Of a stretch of DNA of 64,000 nucleotides, positions 49,361 to 61,399 are shown piece by piece (position 1 is the stretch's first letter; every line of letters begins with the position of its first letter). Where the stretch lies: NCBI RefSeq assembly GCF_902713615.1, contig NC_052149.1:173341126-173405125 (forward strand), read 5' to 3'. The notes below the pieces were generated by a model. The model worked only from the letters and a program-made list of their open reading frames with translations, ran no database searches and had not been told where the DNA came from. This stretch comes from Scyliorhinus canicula (lineage: Eukaryota). The position numbers and the translations under genes were made by a program.

Positions 49361-52346
49361 GAACAAAGAGAACAAAGAAAATTACAGCACAGGAACAGGC
49401 CCTTCGGCCCTCCCAGCCTGCACCGATCCAGATCCTTTATCTAGACCTGTCTCCTATTTTCCAAGGTCTACTTCCCTCTGTTCCCCACCCGTTCATATAC
49501 CTGTCTAGATGCCTATTAAATGATGCTATTGTGCCCGCCTCTACCACATCCGCTGGTAAAGAGTTCCAGGCACCCACCACCCTCTGCGTAAAAAACTTTC
49601 CACGCACATCTCCCTTAAACTTTCCCCCTCTCACCTTGTAATCGTGACCCCTTGTAATTGACACCCCCACTCTTGGGAAAAGCTTGTTGCTATCCACCCT
49701 GTCCATACCTCTCATAATTTTGTAGACCTCAATCAGGTCCCCCCTCAACCTCCGTCTTTCCAACGAAAACAATCCTAATCTACTCAACCTTTCTTCATAG
49801 CTAGCACCCTCCATACCAGGCAACATCCTGGTGAACCTCCTCTGCACCCTCTCCAAGGCATCCACATCCTTAATGTGGCGACCAGAACTGCACGCAGTAT
49901 TCCAAATGTGGCCGAACCAAAGTCCTATACAACTGTAACATGACCTGCCAACTCTTGTACTCAATACCCCGTCCAATGAAGGCAAGCATGCTGTATGCCT
50001 TCTTGACCACTCTATCAACCTGCGTTGCCACCTTCAGGGTACAATGGACCTGAGCTCCCAGATCTCTCTGTACATCAATTTTCCCCAGGACCCTTCCATT
50101 GACCATATAGTCCGCTCTTGAATTTGATCTTCCAAAATGCATCACCTCGCATTTGCCTGGATTGAACTCCATCTGCCATTTCTCTGCCCAACTCTCCAAT
50201 CTATCTAGATTTTGTTGTATTCTCTGACAGTCCTCCATTCTATCTGCAACTCCACCAATCTTAGTATCATCTGCAAACTTGCTAATCAGACCACCTATAC
50301 CTTCTTCCAGGTCATTTATATAGATCACGAACAGCAGTAGTCCGAGCACGGATCCCTGTGGAACACCACTAGTCACCCTTCTCCATTTTGAGACATTCCC
50401 TTCCACCACTACTCTCTGTCTCCTGTTCTTTATCCATCTAGCTAGTACACCCTGAACCCCATACAACTTCACTTTTTCCATCAACCTGCCATGGGAAACG
50501 TTATCAAACGCCTTACTAAAGTCTATGTATATGACATCTACAGTCCTTCCCTCATCAATTAACTTTGTCACTTCCTCAAAGAATTCTATTAGGTTTGTAA
50601 GGCATGACCGTCCCTGCACAAAACCATGCTGCCTATCACTGATAAGTCTATTTTCTTCCAGATGTGAATAGATCCTATCCCTCAGTATCTTCTCCAACAG
50701 TTTGCCTACCACTGGGGTCAAGCTCACAGGTCTATAATTCCCTGGATTATCCCTGCTACCCTTCTTAAACAAAGGGACAACATTAGCAATTCTCCAGTCC
50801 TCCGGGACCTCACCCATGCTCAAGGATGCTGCAAAGATGTCTGTTAAGGCCCTAGCTATTTCAACCCTCGCTTCCCTCAGTAAACTGGGATACATCCCAT
50901 CTGGTCCTGGGGACTTGTCCACCTTAATGTCTTTTAGAATACCCAAAACTTCCCCCTTCCATATGACAACTTGACCTAGAGTATTTAAACATCCATCCCT
51001 AGCTTCAACATCTGTCTTGTCCCTCTCCTTTGTGAATAACGATGCAAAGTACTCATTAAGAATCTCACCCATTTCCTCTGAGTCCACGCATAAATTCCCT
51101 CTTTTGTCTTTGAGTGGGCCAATCCTTTCTCTAGTTACCCTCTTGCTCCTTACATACGAATAAAAGGCTTTGGGATTTTCCTTAACCCTGTTAGCCAAAG
51201 ATATTTCATGACCCCTTTTAGCCCTCTTTATTGCGCGTTTGAGATTCTTCCTACTTTCCCGATATTCCTCCAAAGCTTCATCAGTTTTGAGTTGCCTCGA
51301 TCCTATGTATGCTTCCTTTTTCATCTTAGCTAGTCTCACAATTTCACCCGTCATCCATGGTTCCCTAATCTTGCCATTTCTATCTTTCATTTTCACAGGA
51401 ACATGTCTGTCCTGCACCCTAATCAACCTTTCCTTGAAAGACTCCCACATTTCAAATGTGGGTTTACCCTTAAACAGCTGCTCCCAATCCACATTCCCTA
51501 GCACCTGCCGAATTTTGTTATACTCTGCCTTTCCCCAATTTAGTACTCTTCCTTTCGGACCACTCTTGTCCTTGTCCATGAGTATTCTAAAACTTACGGA
51601 ATTGTGATCACTATTCCCAAAGTAATCACCGACTGAAACATCAACCACCTGGCCGGGATCATTCCCCAATACCAGGTCCAGTATGGCCCCTTCCCAGGTT
51701 GGACTATTTACATACTGCTCTAAAAAACTCTCCTGGATGCTCCTTACAAACTCTGCTCCATCTACGCCTCCAACACTACACGAATCCCATTCAATGTTGG
51801 GAAAGTTAATATCTCCCATCACAACCACCCTATTGCTCCTACATTTTTCTATAATCTGTCTGCATATTTGTACCTGTACTTCATGCTCGCTTTTGGGAGG
51901 TCTGTAGTAAAGTCCCAACAATGTTACTGCACCCTTCCTATTTCTCAGCTCCACCCATATTGCCTCAGTGCTCGAATCCTCCATCGTGCCCTCCTTAATC
52001 ACAGCTGTGATATCATCTCTGACGAGTAATGCAACTCCTCCACCCCTTCTACCTCCCTCTCTATCCCTCCTGAAGCATCTATACCCTGGGATATTCAGTT
52101 GCCCTTCCCTCAACCAAGTCTCAGTAATACCAATAACATCATATTCCCAGGTACTGATCCAAGCCCTAAGTTCATCTGCCTTACCTGCTACACTTCTCGC
52201 ATTAAAACAAATGCACCTCAGACCACCTGTCCCTTTATTGTCTTGTACCTTACTGGCTTTAGTTGCTGCTTCTTTACTGACCTCTAACTTCCTAATCTGG
52301 TTCCCATCCCCCTGCCTCATTAGTTTAAAACCTCCCCAACAGTAGG
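49361..52346 (-). mobile_element. Young CR1 LINE with essentially complete ORF2 and the last codons of ORF1
   Basis: 816-aa ORF (52320-49870) with APE (NARS, ITETWL, YRPP, DLVL, SDH) and RT (QHGF, KAFD, GVPQGSVLG, FADD), continued after a frameshift near 49870 in ORF 50018-49437; (tctttgtt)-type tail; TGTGTA at 49355-49360 and 52347-52352 is a possible TSD. Confidence 0.96.
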
Positions 52347-53214
52347 TGTGTACTTCTCTCTATGCCCCACTTTCAATTTCTTTCTGTCTTTCTCCTATTA
52401 TCTGCCTCCGTGTTTCTCTCTTCCCAATTAATAAAACATAGCAAAGAGCTAGTCAGCCCAAACTTTGCTCAAAAATAAAATTTCCAACTCCACGTTTTAC
52501 GTTATTTTTAAATTTTTAGTTCAAGCAAAATACTCCATTATGTTATACCCCAATTTCTGGGTTTGGGGTAAATCACTTGTAGAGAATGACACACTGATTC
52601 ATGAAAGGAGTCTTCTCAGTGCTTGAAGAATGCAGGATGCTGGCAATTGAAGGCTTCGGTGCTAGCTGGCAATTATATTGACTGAGTCTCTTCAGCTGTC
52701 ACTGTTGGCTCTAACATGCTGCTGCGCTCAAGCCCAAGGGCTCTCATAGAAGCACAGACATCTGACAAAATCCATTGTGAAACCATTTTAAACTCAGGAA
52801 AGACAAGTAACATTAGCTATTTTCTTGCATGTGCTAGAATTTTACGTTCACCCCTGCTTCCCATTTCAATTTGTGCTTTCCATGTGTGTTCAGTTACTGA
52901 TTTATTGTTGTTTTCCACATACACATTTTAAACCAATTAACTGCAAAGTATTTTCATGTACATCCCTTACTGAAATTTGAAAGAGGTGGTGTGATGTTAA
53001 AAATGATGTGCACTAGGCACAACATGCCTGAGTTTCCTTGGGAGGCCTTTAATAGGCAGGACTGAGCAGGAACAGCTGATTGGTACTAATTGAACACTTT
53101 CATTTTCAGATGTATTTGCATAAATAGGGCCAATGGTCATGCCAATAAAAGTACAACGGGGGTATCTGCCAGAGGAAACTCAATGCAGGATTGGCCAGAT
53201 ATATTCAAAGTAAA

Positions 53215-53428
53215 TATAGAGTACCCAATACATTTTTTCCAATTAAGGGGCAATTTAGTGTGGCCAATCCACTTAGCTTGCACATCTTTAGGTTGTGGGG
53301 CAAAACCCACCCAAACACGGGGAGAATGTACAAACTCCACACGGACAGTGACCCAGAACCGGGAGCGAACCTGGGACCTCGGCACCGTGAGGCAGCAGGG
53401 CTAACCCACTGTGCCACCGTGCTGCCCA
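53215..53428 (-). mobile_element. HE1-like V-SINE, short-tail form
   Basis: Reverse complement of the 19136-19335 type. Confidence 0.85.
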
Positions 53429-54099
53429 CAAAGTAAATAGTTGATTGGGTTTTGAGAAGTCATTTTCTGCATTGGGCGATAGGAGCAACAAGGCAAGTCC
53501 ATAGCCTTTTAAAATGTGAATGCCTCAATCACCGTAGCAACATTGGATACCAGTGACAGTCAGGCATTAAAAAAAAAATCCAACATAGCCCTGGATGGAA
53601 ATGTGGGAATGATGTTGGAAAATGTGATGCCCACAGATGCATATGGCAACTCCAAATGGACCAAAATGTCACTCTGCCTGTCTTGGCAACACCCTGAATA
53701 TGTTAATGTGGTTGGTTTGTACGCTGCTTATTATCTGGGTTCTATTCAGGGGGGGAAAGAGTTGAAAGTCATTGAAACTGGGTTTCTTGTACTCTTACTT
53801 TCTGTTTTGAAAAGTCTCCTCAGGGAGCTGAATGGGTGATGCAACCACAGCTTCCATCTCCTTTTTCTGCTAAATGAAAGTTCAAATAATAAGGTACCAG
53901 ATAAAGTGGGCCCGACTACTTGCACACATTTCTTTCAGTTCTCTCAGGTCAGAGGAACTGAGGGGGAAAATCCGAGTGACAACAGAAAGGTAAATATCAG
54001 AAAAGTTACTATCAAGCCCCCTTCATACTATTGCAAACCCAATGTTAGCCTGCTGGGGTGGTCCTATACCTTGCTGCCTTCAGGCAATGGAGATACAAA

Positions 54100-54750
54100 T
54101 GAATATATGAATTAGGAGCAGGAGCAAGCCTTCATCCCCTCAAACCTGCTCAGTCATTCAACAAGGTCATGGCTGATCTGATGTGGCCTCAACACCATTT
54201 TCCTATCTACTCACTATACCCTATGACCATCGTTTTAGACCAGAATCTATCTACTCTGTCTTAAAATATATTCAATAATCCTGCCTCCATTGTTCTCAGG
54301 AAAGAGAGTTCCAGAGACTCGCAACCATCTGAGAGAAAGAAAAACTTCCCATTTTTGTCTTTTTTCCAATTCAGGTCAATTTAGCATATTCAATCCACCT
54401 TGCACATCTTTGGATTGTGGGGGCCAAATCCACGCAGACATGGGGAGAATGCGCAAACTCCACACGGACAGTGATCCAGAGCCGGGATCGAACCTGGGAC
54501 CTCAGCGCCGTGAGACTGCAGTGCTACCAGTGCGCCACCGTGCCCCCCCCATTTTTGTATTTAAGAGGAAATTTAAATTGTGGCCCTGGTCTCACTCAAA
54601 AGCGGAAACAATTTTCTCAGCATCCATCCTGTCAAGTCCTCTCAGGGTCTCATGTTTCAATTAGATCATCACTCATTTTTCTAAACTCCAAAGGATACAG
54701 GCCCAACCTGCATAACCTTTCTTCAAGAGGCAGGCCGCTCATCCCAGCAA
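54100..54750 (-). mobile_element. CR1 3' end with a nested SINE (54365-54548)
   Basis: Similar to 6755-7223; SINE head and V-domain inserted at ccatttttgt. Confidence 0.75.
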
Positions 54751-56445
54751 CAGAAACCGAGGCAGATGGGAGAGAATATCATTTTTCACTTTTATGCCAT
54801 AATATTGTTGGGCCTGTGTCCATTGCAGGCCTAAGCCTGGCTCTCCCACCACCATCACCCCCCACGCCTGCCTCCCCCACTCAACCCCCCCCCCCCCCCC
54901 AAGACTCCAGAAGACCTAGAAATCACAGACATCAAGCCTTACAGCTGTCCATCTGCTTTTCCTATCTTTTGCACTGGATAAAAAGCTTTGCTAAGGGCAA
55001 AAAGCAGGAAGGTGCATGATTCACACTCTTCAGCTTTTCAATTTGTTTCTTTTAGTTCAATCACCATCCAGGCTTCAGGCTTTTCCATGACAGACTCAAA
55101 TTGGCTAAATTATATTACATTACTCCTTGGCAAGCACAGTCTAGAAGTCAACATGTGCAATGCTCTATAAATAATTGCACAAATGTGAAAAGAAAATATT
55201 CAAAGTACAACAGAGTATGAAAAGAATCAGTAAGCAGTTGTGTGTGTCAGATAGCAAGGTAGCAACTGCACTTCGATGAAAGGAGTGAATTTTCCATCTA
55301 TCGCACACCTAAATTTCTTTTGATTCCATTGATGTTAGACTCTTACGCTATCACAGTCAATTTGAAATTTCAAAAAATGAATATATTAGTCAATGAAAGA
55401 GAGGCTGTGGATTCTGGAGGTCTGTGCTGCAAATTGGTTTGGATCAAGAGTTTGCTGAGTGCTAACAATTCAAGGGCATCGATGACAAATTTAGAAGAGC
55501 TTTGTGCCTTCCTGAATGATAATTCAGTGTTCCAAATAATGGTGCCTTGTTGACCATCTGTCATGCTGCTCTTGACTGTTCTGCAGGGATTATACATTTC
55601 CTGATAGAGATCCAGCTAGGTAGGTCAAGTTACACATATCACTGCATGGTGATAAGATTAAATCAGAGTTCAGGTCTGCTCTTGGTTTGAATAAAATAAC
55701 TGCAAAAGTGAGAAACAAAGCCAATTTATGACTGCCACTCAGGATGATTGATTTTTCACATGTCTGGCTTATGGCTGCCTTTTGCACTCTTTGGAAATGA
55801 TAGTCAATTAGCTTATGGTCTTTTGATGATTATTGCTATTTAACTGAAAACTGAAATGGCCATTCCATCTTCAAGAAAGCAGAAGGTTATATTTGCTATT
55901 AACTTCTCATGATTACCTCGGTTATCACAACGCCTCTCATCTCAATTATCACTCTTAACTCAAATGCCACATTGCATCAAATAAAAGTATTGCAACAATC
56001 ATATGTCAACAATGCGATGCAAAGCTGTACAATTTCAGAACTAATGAATAAAAGGTTAAATTGGCATTCAAAAAGAGCATGATTTGGAGAATCGTAGCGA
56101 CAACATGATATCCCAATCTCCAACCTGTGCTGCACACTGGGAGATCAATATCACTTTTTTTTTTCCACAGAAATTAATTATCAAACTCAAGAATTGGCAG
56201 GAAAGCAGCTTTGTTATTTTATGTATGAAACTGCTCCTCAAAAGTATTTCCAATTCTTAAAAAAAGTAACTGTCATTTCAGAAAAAAAATAGGAGGCAGC
56301 CCACATGGATTTTATGGCGAGCTCACAATAAAGCTAGAACTGTCAGTCCAGTACCTTTGTCAATCTGATGAGAATGTAGCATTGTCCAGGAACATTTTGT
56401 CTGGATAGGTATCTGGTTTGCAGCGTAATGCCAAGGTTTATTTGT

Positions 56446-56750
56446 AATTTTCTCCAATTTCAAGAATTCCGCAAAGTCAGACAGCCAGTCTGCGACCTTG
56501 GGTGACGCTGCTGATCTCCAGCTGAGCAGGAGTCTCCAGGGGGCGATCAGGAGGTCTGCCCCACTCCCCATAAAGAGTTTGGGCTGTTTCGACACCCCAA
56601 AGATCGCCACTAACAGACATAGTTCCACCCTCACTCCCACAACCCTGGACATGGCTTCGATAAAGGCGGCCCAGTACCCGACTATTTGGAGATGGAGGCT
56701 TCCACAATACCTGGAGGCAATTCATCAACCTCTTCAGGGACCTGTTTGTG
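56446..56750. mobile_element. L1/Tx1-clade ORF2 C-terminal fragment with an internal inversion
   Basis: Minus 56690-56446 reads GYWAAFIEAMSRVVGVRVELCLLVAIFGV...WRSAASPKVADWLSDFAEFLKLEKI; plus 56692-56750 reads GFHNTWRQFINLFRDLF. Confidence 0.75.
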
Positions 56751-56751
56751 A

Positions 56752-57005
56752 CCTGTTTCAAACTTGCGATGTCTATCCTTGAACTTTTTTCCTTGACACT
56801 TTTTGCCGAGTGCACATTTTCCTACAGGGATTTATTGTCAATGTGACATTCAATAGGTATATTACCCAAACCCCTAATCCCAAAATTTCTGTCAACATCT
56901 GAGATATATAAAAGGCCATATCCACCGCCTCTCCAGGGCTTAACACCTCAGCAGCCAAAGTGTTTTAGACCACTCTCCTTATTTTCTTTGTTTCCCACAC
57001 AGGTG
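56752..57005 (-). mobile_element. Copia (GalEa-like) RNase H fragment
   Basis: VWETKKIRRVV*NTLAAEVLSPGEAVDMAFYISQMLTEILG...DNKSL*ENVHSAKSVKEK/RIDIASLKQ. Confidence 0.75.
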
Positions 57006-59864
57006 CCCCAACCCCAGGTGCAGTACTGCTCTGAGGTGGTGACACGGGATGATCTATGGGTCCAGCAGCACAGTTCTCTCCATGATGAACAGCTCAGCAT
57101 GGAGATGGAGGGCAAGAACTGGTCTTCCCTGGCAGGTCGGTGATGAGCACATAAGGAGCTGTGCAACACTCTGCCAGAAAGGCTTTGTTACACTCACCTT
57201 GAAGCAACTTGTAAACTGAAGGCCATCTTGTATGCAGCATTCTTTAAAGATCAGGCTTGACGCCAACGTGGATTCCTGTAGGCGCGATGGAAGATTGGAA
57301 GGACTGATAGACACCGACAGGCAGCTGTTTTAATGCGCATTCATGAGATGCAAATTATACTGTATTTGTGCCACCTGCCAGTGGGATGATCAACCCACCA
57401 TTAACTTGTCATTGGGAGAATTTTATGGTGGCGAGTATCCAACTTTATGGGTCCCAGCAGGTTCTCCGTGCCCATCTGCCCGCCACCAAACCCACTGCGG
57501 ACGAGTTGGGAGAAGTTTGCTCTATGTCCGATCCTATGACCCAAATTGTTCTCCGAGGTTTTTCTCAGGTTTCTCTACTTGCCACATAAGAAAGGTATTA
57601 GGCCTCCTATATGTGCTCATTAGGGGGTCTAACACTTGTTTTAAGATACCTTCCCAAAAACAAGGAAGGTATCTGAGGCATTGGGCTTGCTCCACTCTTC
57701 CCCTGTCATGGATGAGGCCAAGCAATAAGCAGCCACCAACTAAAGGAAAGCATTTTAAAAGATACTTTCACATGGACCCAGGAGCAGCAGGACTTCTCTC
57801 TTGAGCTTCACACCTCAAGGGCTGCTGTTATTCATAGGTCATCAAAATATTATTTTCCTTCAAGCCTCTTCTTCGCCTCACCAAGAGATACCTCTGTGGT
57901 GAGGCAGGTGGCCCAAACAGGATAGGCTGAAATGGGTGAGCTGCCTTTGGAGGCACCAGGTGTTTTTATCAATTACTTCGATGAGGCCCATGGCCAAGTC
58001 TTGGACCCCTAGGATCAGACACATTTTGGGTGTGCCCATCCTGAAAATGGGTCGTAATGAATTTCCAACCCATCTATTCCAATTATTTCAGTGGATTATT
58101 TGGTTTCATTGTTGGAATTGTAGAATTGAAGATTCTAGTGGCTTAGTCAAAAAAGGCACCACCTGGTATTGGTAATGACCCAATGAGACAGAGTAGATCC
58201 CAAATTCAATCCTCATCCTAATCTGAGTGTGTTGAGTTCAGTTGGGCAAACATAACAGCCTCCCAGAACAAACGCCGGAATGTGGCGACTAGGGGCTTTT
58301 CACAGTAACTTCATTGAAGTCTACTCGTGACAATAAGCGATTTTCATTTTCATATTACAATTGACTTAAATACTGCTAGGTTTAAGTAGTGGAAAATTAA
58401 AACAGCCAGATTTCATACTGATCAATAACTCAGTACAAAATCCAGGAGGGGACACTCTGTACGTTACTATCGTCACTGCTGCTAACACTCAATATCAACA
58501 CTCACAATTGGGACGTAGCCATTTGGAAGGCTGGATCTCGACTGGCTTAAGGCAGGCAGGCTGCCCGCCACCTATCCCGCCTCTGGTAAAGTCCAAGTGA
58601 CGGTGAGCAAGAACGCAATAGGTACGGCACCCTGTCACCATCCCACCTGATTTTATACATCCTCCCCCTCAACGTTCCTGCTGATCCTAAGTGTGGGAGC
58701 ATAAAATCCTGACCAAGTTGTAGAGGACAGGGTTCTACCCTTGAGTCCTCATTACCAGTGGGTAATCTGTCTAAAAATGCATACTCCTCTCATCCCAAAA
58801 TGTTCCACACTCATATTCAGAACTCATAAAATCATACAACCCCTACTGTGCAGAAGGAGGCCATATGGCTCATCAAGCCTCGTCAGGCCCTCCGAAAGAG
58901 CACTCTCCCCAGGTCCACTCCCCTGTCCAATTACTGTAACCCCATAGCCTAACCTGCTTATCCCTGGATACTAAGGGGCAATTTAGCATGGCCAATCCAC
59001 CTAACCTGCTCATCTTTGGATTGTTAAATTGTTATGAATTATGAATAACTGAAGATTGCAGGAACAAAATACATTTACATCTACTCATGACAAAGTTGTA
59101 CATCCACCTTCTACAAAACGTTTGTAAATATCTGCATTCAAACATTGCCTGCAAATCAATGCAAACATTCCTATTCCTCTAATCCACTAAATATTTGGAC
59201 ATATTCCACCTATCAAACTCTTACTGTCCTGGATTTCCTGGTCTTGTGGAATCTCTGATAGTTCAGTGGCCCTGTCCAATCAGTACACCCTCATTCTAAC
59301 AGGTCTCCTGAGGTGGGTTATTGATAATAATTGTGGTGGGTTCCTCATGGTATTATCAATCTCACCATTATCTTGGATGGAGGGAAATCATGAGTGAAAA
59401 ATGCTGGTTCAAAGAAAAAAAACCAATTTGAGTCAATTTTTTCAATTGCTAATTGTTTTAATGCAATTGATTTGTGGCCATTTAAGTTTGAAATCCTCAT
59501 CCACTGCTTCAGCAACTGTGATGCCAAGAAGGGAATGGTTCCCCTGCTAACCAGTGTTGCCAAGGCGTAAATGATGGAACATATGTCAGCTCATGCATTT
59601 CCATCATTATCATTTCATTTGAATACACCCACCAAACAGCAGAACAAATTCCCTAATTGCATTTCCCTCACTTGCCTGCTCAAAAACCACGCAAAGCATG
59701 CATAAAGAACTCACAGAATTCATGTTATCAAAGTAATAGCTTTGAGTAATGAATTCCAATACAAACTAAAAGCTTAGACTTACCAAGATCGTAAATCTGG
59801 GGCCTTATTATTGATCACCTACATTAGGACCAACATAAAAGTAAATGTAACGTGTAACACTTAC

Positions 59865-60418
59865 CTCAATACATGTGCTGAGCCATTGATTGTTGTAGTG
59901 GAGCACGGTATTGTCTGCCCCAGTAAAGAGGATCGTCTGTACCGTTCACCGCAGCACAGAATTCTCAGGAAGGCACGCCTGAAAGACCTGTTCAAATAAG
60001 CGTAGAGAAATGGATTCAACCCCGAATTAATGTATCCAAGCCATAGGCAGGCTATCCATAGCTGGTCCGGAACAGAGTAGTTTATAAATGGGTCCACAAT
60101 ATTTGTGATGAAAAATGGTGCCCAGCAGAGACAAAAGCATCCCATAATAATGCACAATGTTTTGGCTGCTTTGGTTTCAGTCTTCATTCTATGATTGCCT
60201 GGATGGTCAGCTTGTTGTTCCGTCGAGGTTCCCGCACGTTTCAATATTTCGATCTGTCGTGCATGCTCTCTGGCTGTCACATATATCCTTTGGTATGCCA
60301 GTACCATTAAAATAAGAGGTATGTAAAATGCTACAACTGAGCACGTTATGGCATAAGGCTTGTTCACCATGAAAATACATTTTGTACTTGTGTCATTGCT
60401 GAACTTTCTTTCTTCCAC
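59865..60418 (-). CDS. HTR4: 5-hydroxytryptamine receptor 4, large internal exon (ECL2, TM5-TM7, common C-terminal tail)
   Basis: Translates as [34 protein letters not shown]...[25 protein letters not shown]...[15 protein letters not shown]...[14 protein letters not shown], which closely matches the mammalian 5-HT4 sequence as I recall it (CWxPFF and NPxxY motifs). Acceptor TTGCAG|GTG with AG at 60420-60419; donor AG|GTAAGT with GT at 59864-59863 (phase 2), the known 5-HT4 variant branch point. Confidence 0.97.
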
Positions 60419-60635
60419 CTGCAAAGTGATGAAGAAAGCAAGGTCTTACCAGATCATTCAATGTTTCGAAAATTGAATCTCTCAAAATTAATACATTTCT
60501 CTGGGAAAAATCTGAAAACTCATTTGACAAAATAATTTTCAAGAAATTGCAGAGTTACACCGACATTATTAATGGTAGAATCAGAAATTTTGGAACATAC
60601 TTATAACAACTATAAAAAAAATTTTTTAAATTATG

Positions 60636-61096
60636 GGACGGGATTCTCTCAGCCCACGCTGGGTTGGAGAATCGCCCAGCCAGGCGGGAATCGTGCAACG
60701 CTGCCCCAATGCCAGACCGCCGCTTGTCTGCTCACCGGCGCGGGTATGGTCGGTGCGACGCCGGTCAGGGGCCGCGTAGAGTGGTCTCTCCCTCTGCAGC
60801 CGCTACGCCGGTTCCACGATTTTTAAAAGCATAAGTGAACTTCACCGTCTGGAACTCAGCTCAATGGAGACGGAGAATCATGGAGGCCCCGGAGTATACC
60901 AGGTTGGGCCCACAAATGAAATGCAAAAGTTGTCTACTGTACATGTGTTCCAGAACGCATTGACACCGCTGCCGAGGTGCTGGAGCGTTACGATTTGTCG
61001 TCAAATCGGCACCTGCCGCGTTTTTTGCCATCGGAACCAATTCTCCGCCCAATTGCCTTTTCCGATTTTGGCATCGCCAAATAGAGAATCCCACCC
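60636..61096. mobile_element. Two Harbinger MITE halves (60636-60820 and 60862-61096)
   Basis: Left TIR ggacgggattctc and right TIR gagaatcccaccc, with ~40 bp of unrelated AT-rich spacer; flanks differ. Confidence 0.7.
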
Positions 61097-61399
61097 TGTA
61101 TGTTTTCAAGAAGCAGCTAAAAATATCACTTAGGGCGAAGGGGATCAAAGGATATGGGGGAAGCGGGATTAGGCTATTGAAGTGGATGATCAGCCATGGT
61201 CATAATGAATGGCTCAAAGGGCCGAATGGCCTCCTGCTGCTCCTAGATTCGGTATTGTGCAACGAGAAAGAGTTAATTAAAAATCTTGATGTGCAGGGTC
61301 CATATGGAAGAGTGACAATAACATGATGGAATTCTTCACGAAAGTGAAATAGTCCAATCCAAAACTAGAATTCTAAATCTAAACAAAGAAAACTACAAG

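Noticed and set aside
49870-52320. 816-aa ORF as a domesticated or active gene
   Set aside because: Ordinary CR1 ORF2 with small in-frame deletions, a frameshift near 49870, and no ORF1 or promoter.
54965-55045. Minus-strand QIEKLKSVNHAPSCF resembling the 5-HT4(a) tail
   Set aside because: In-frame TAA immediately upstream, no usable acceptor, and no stop after SCF.
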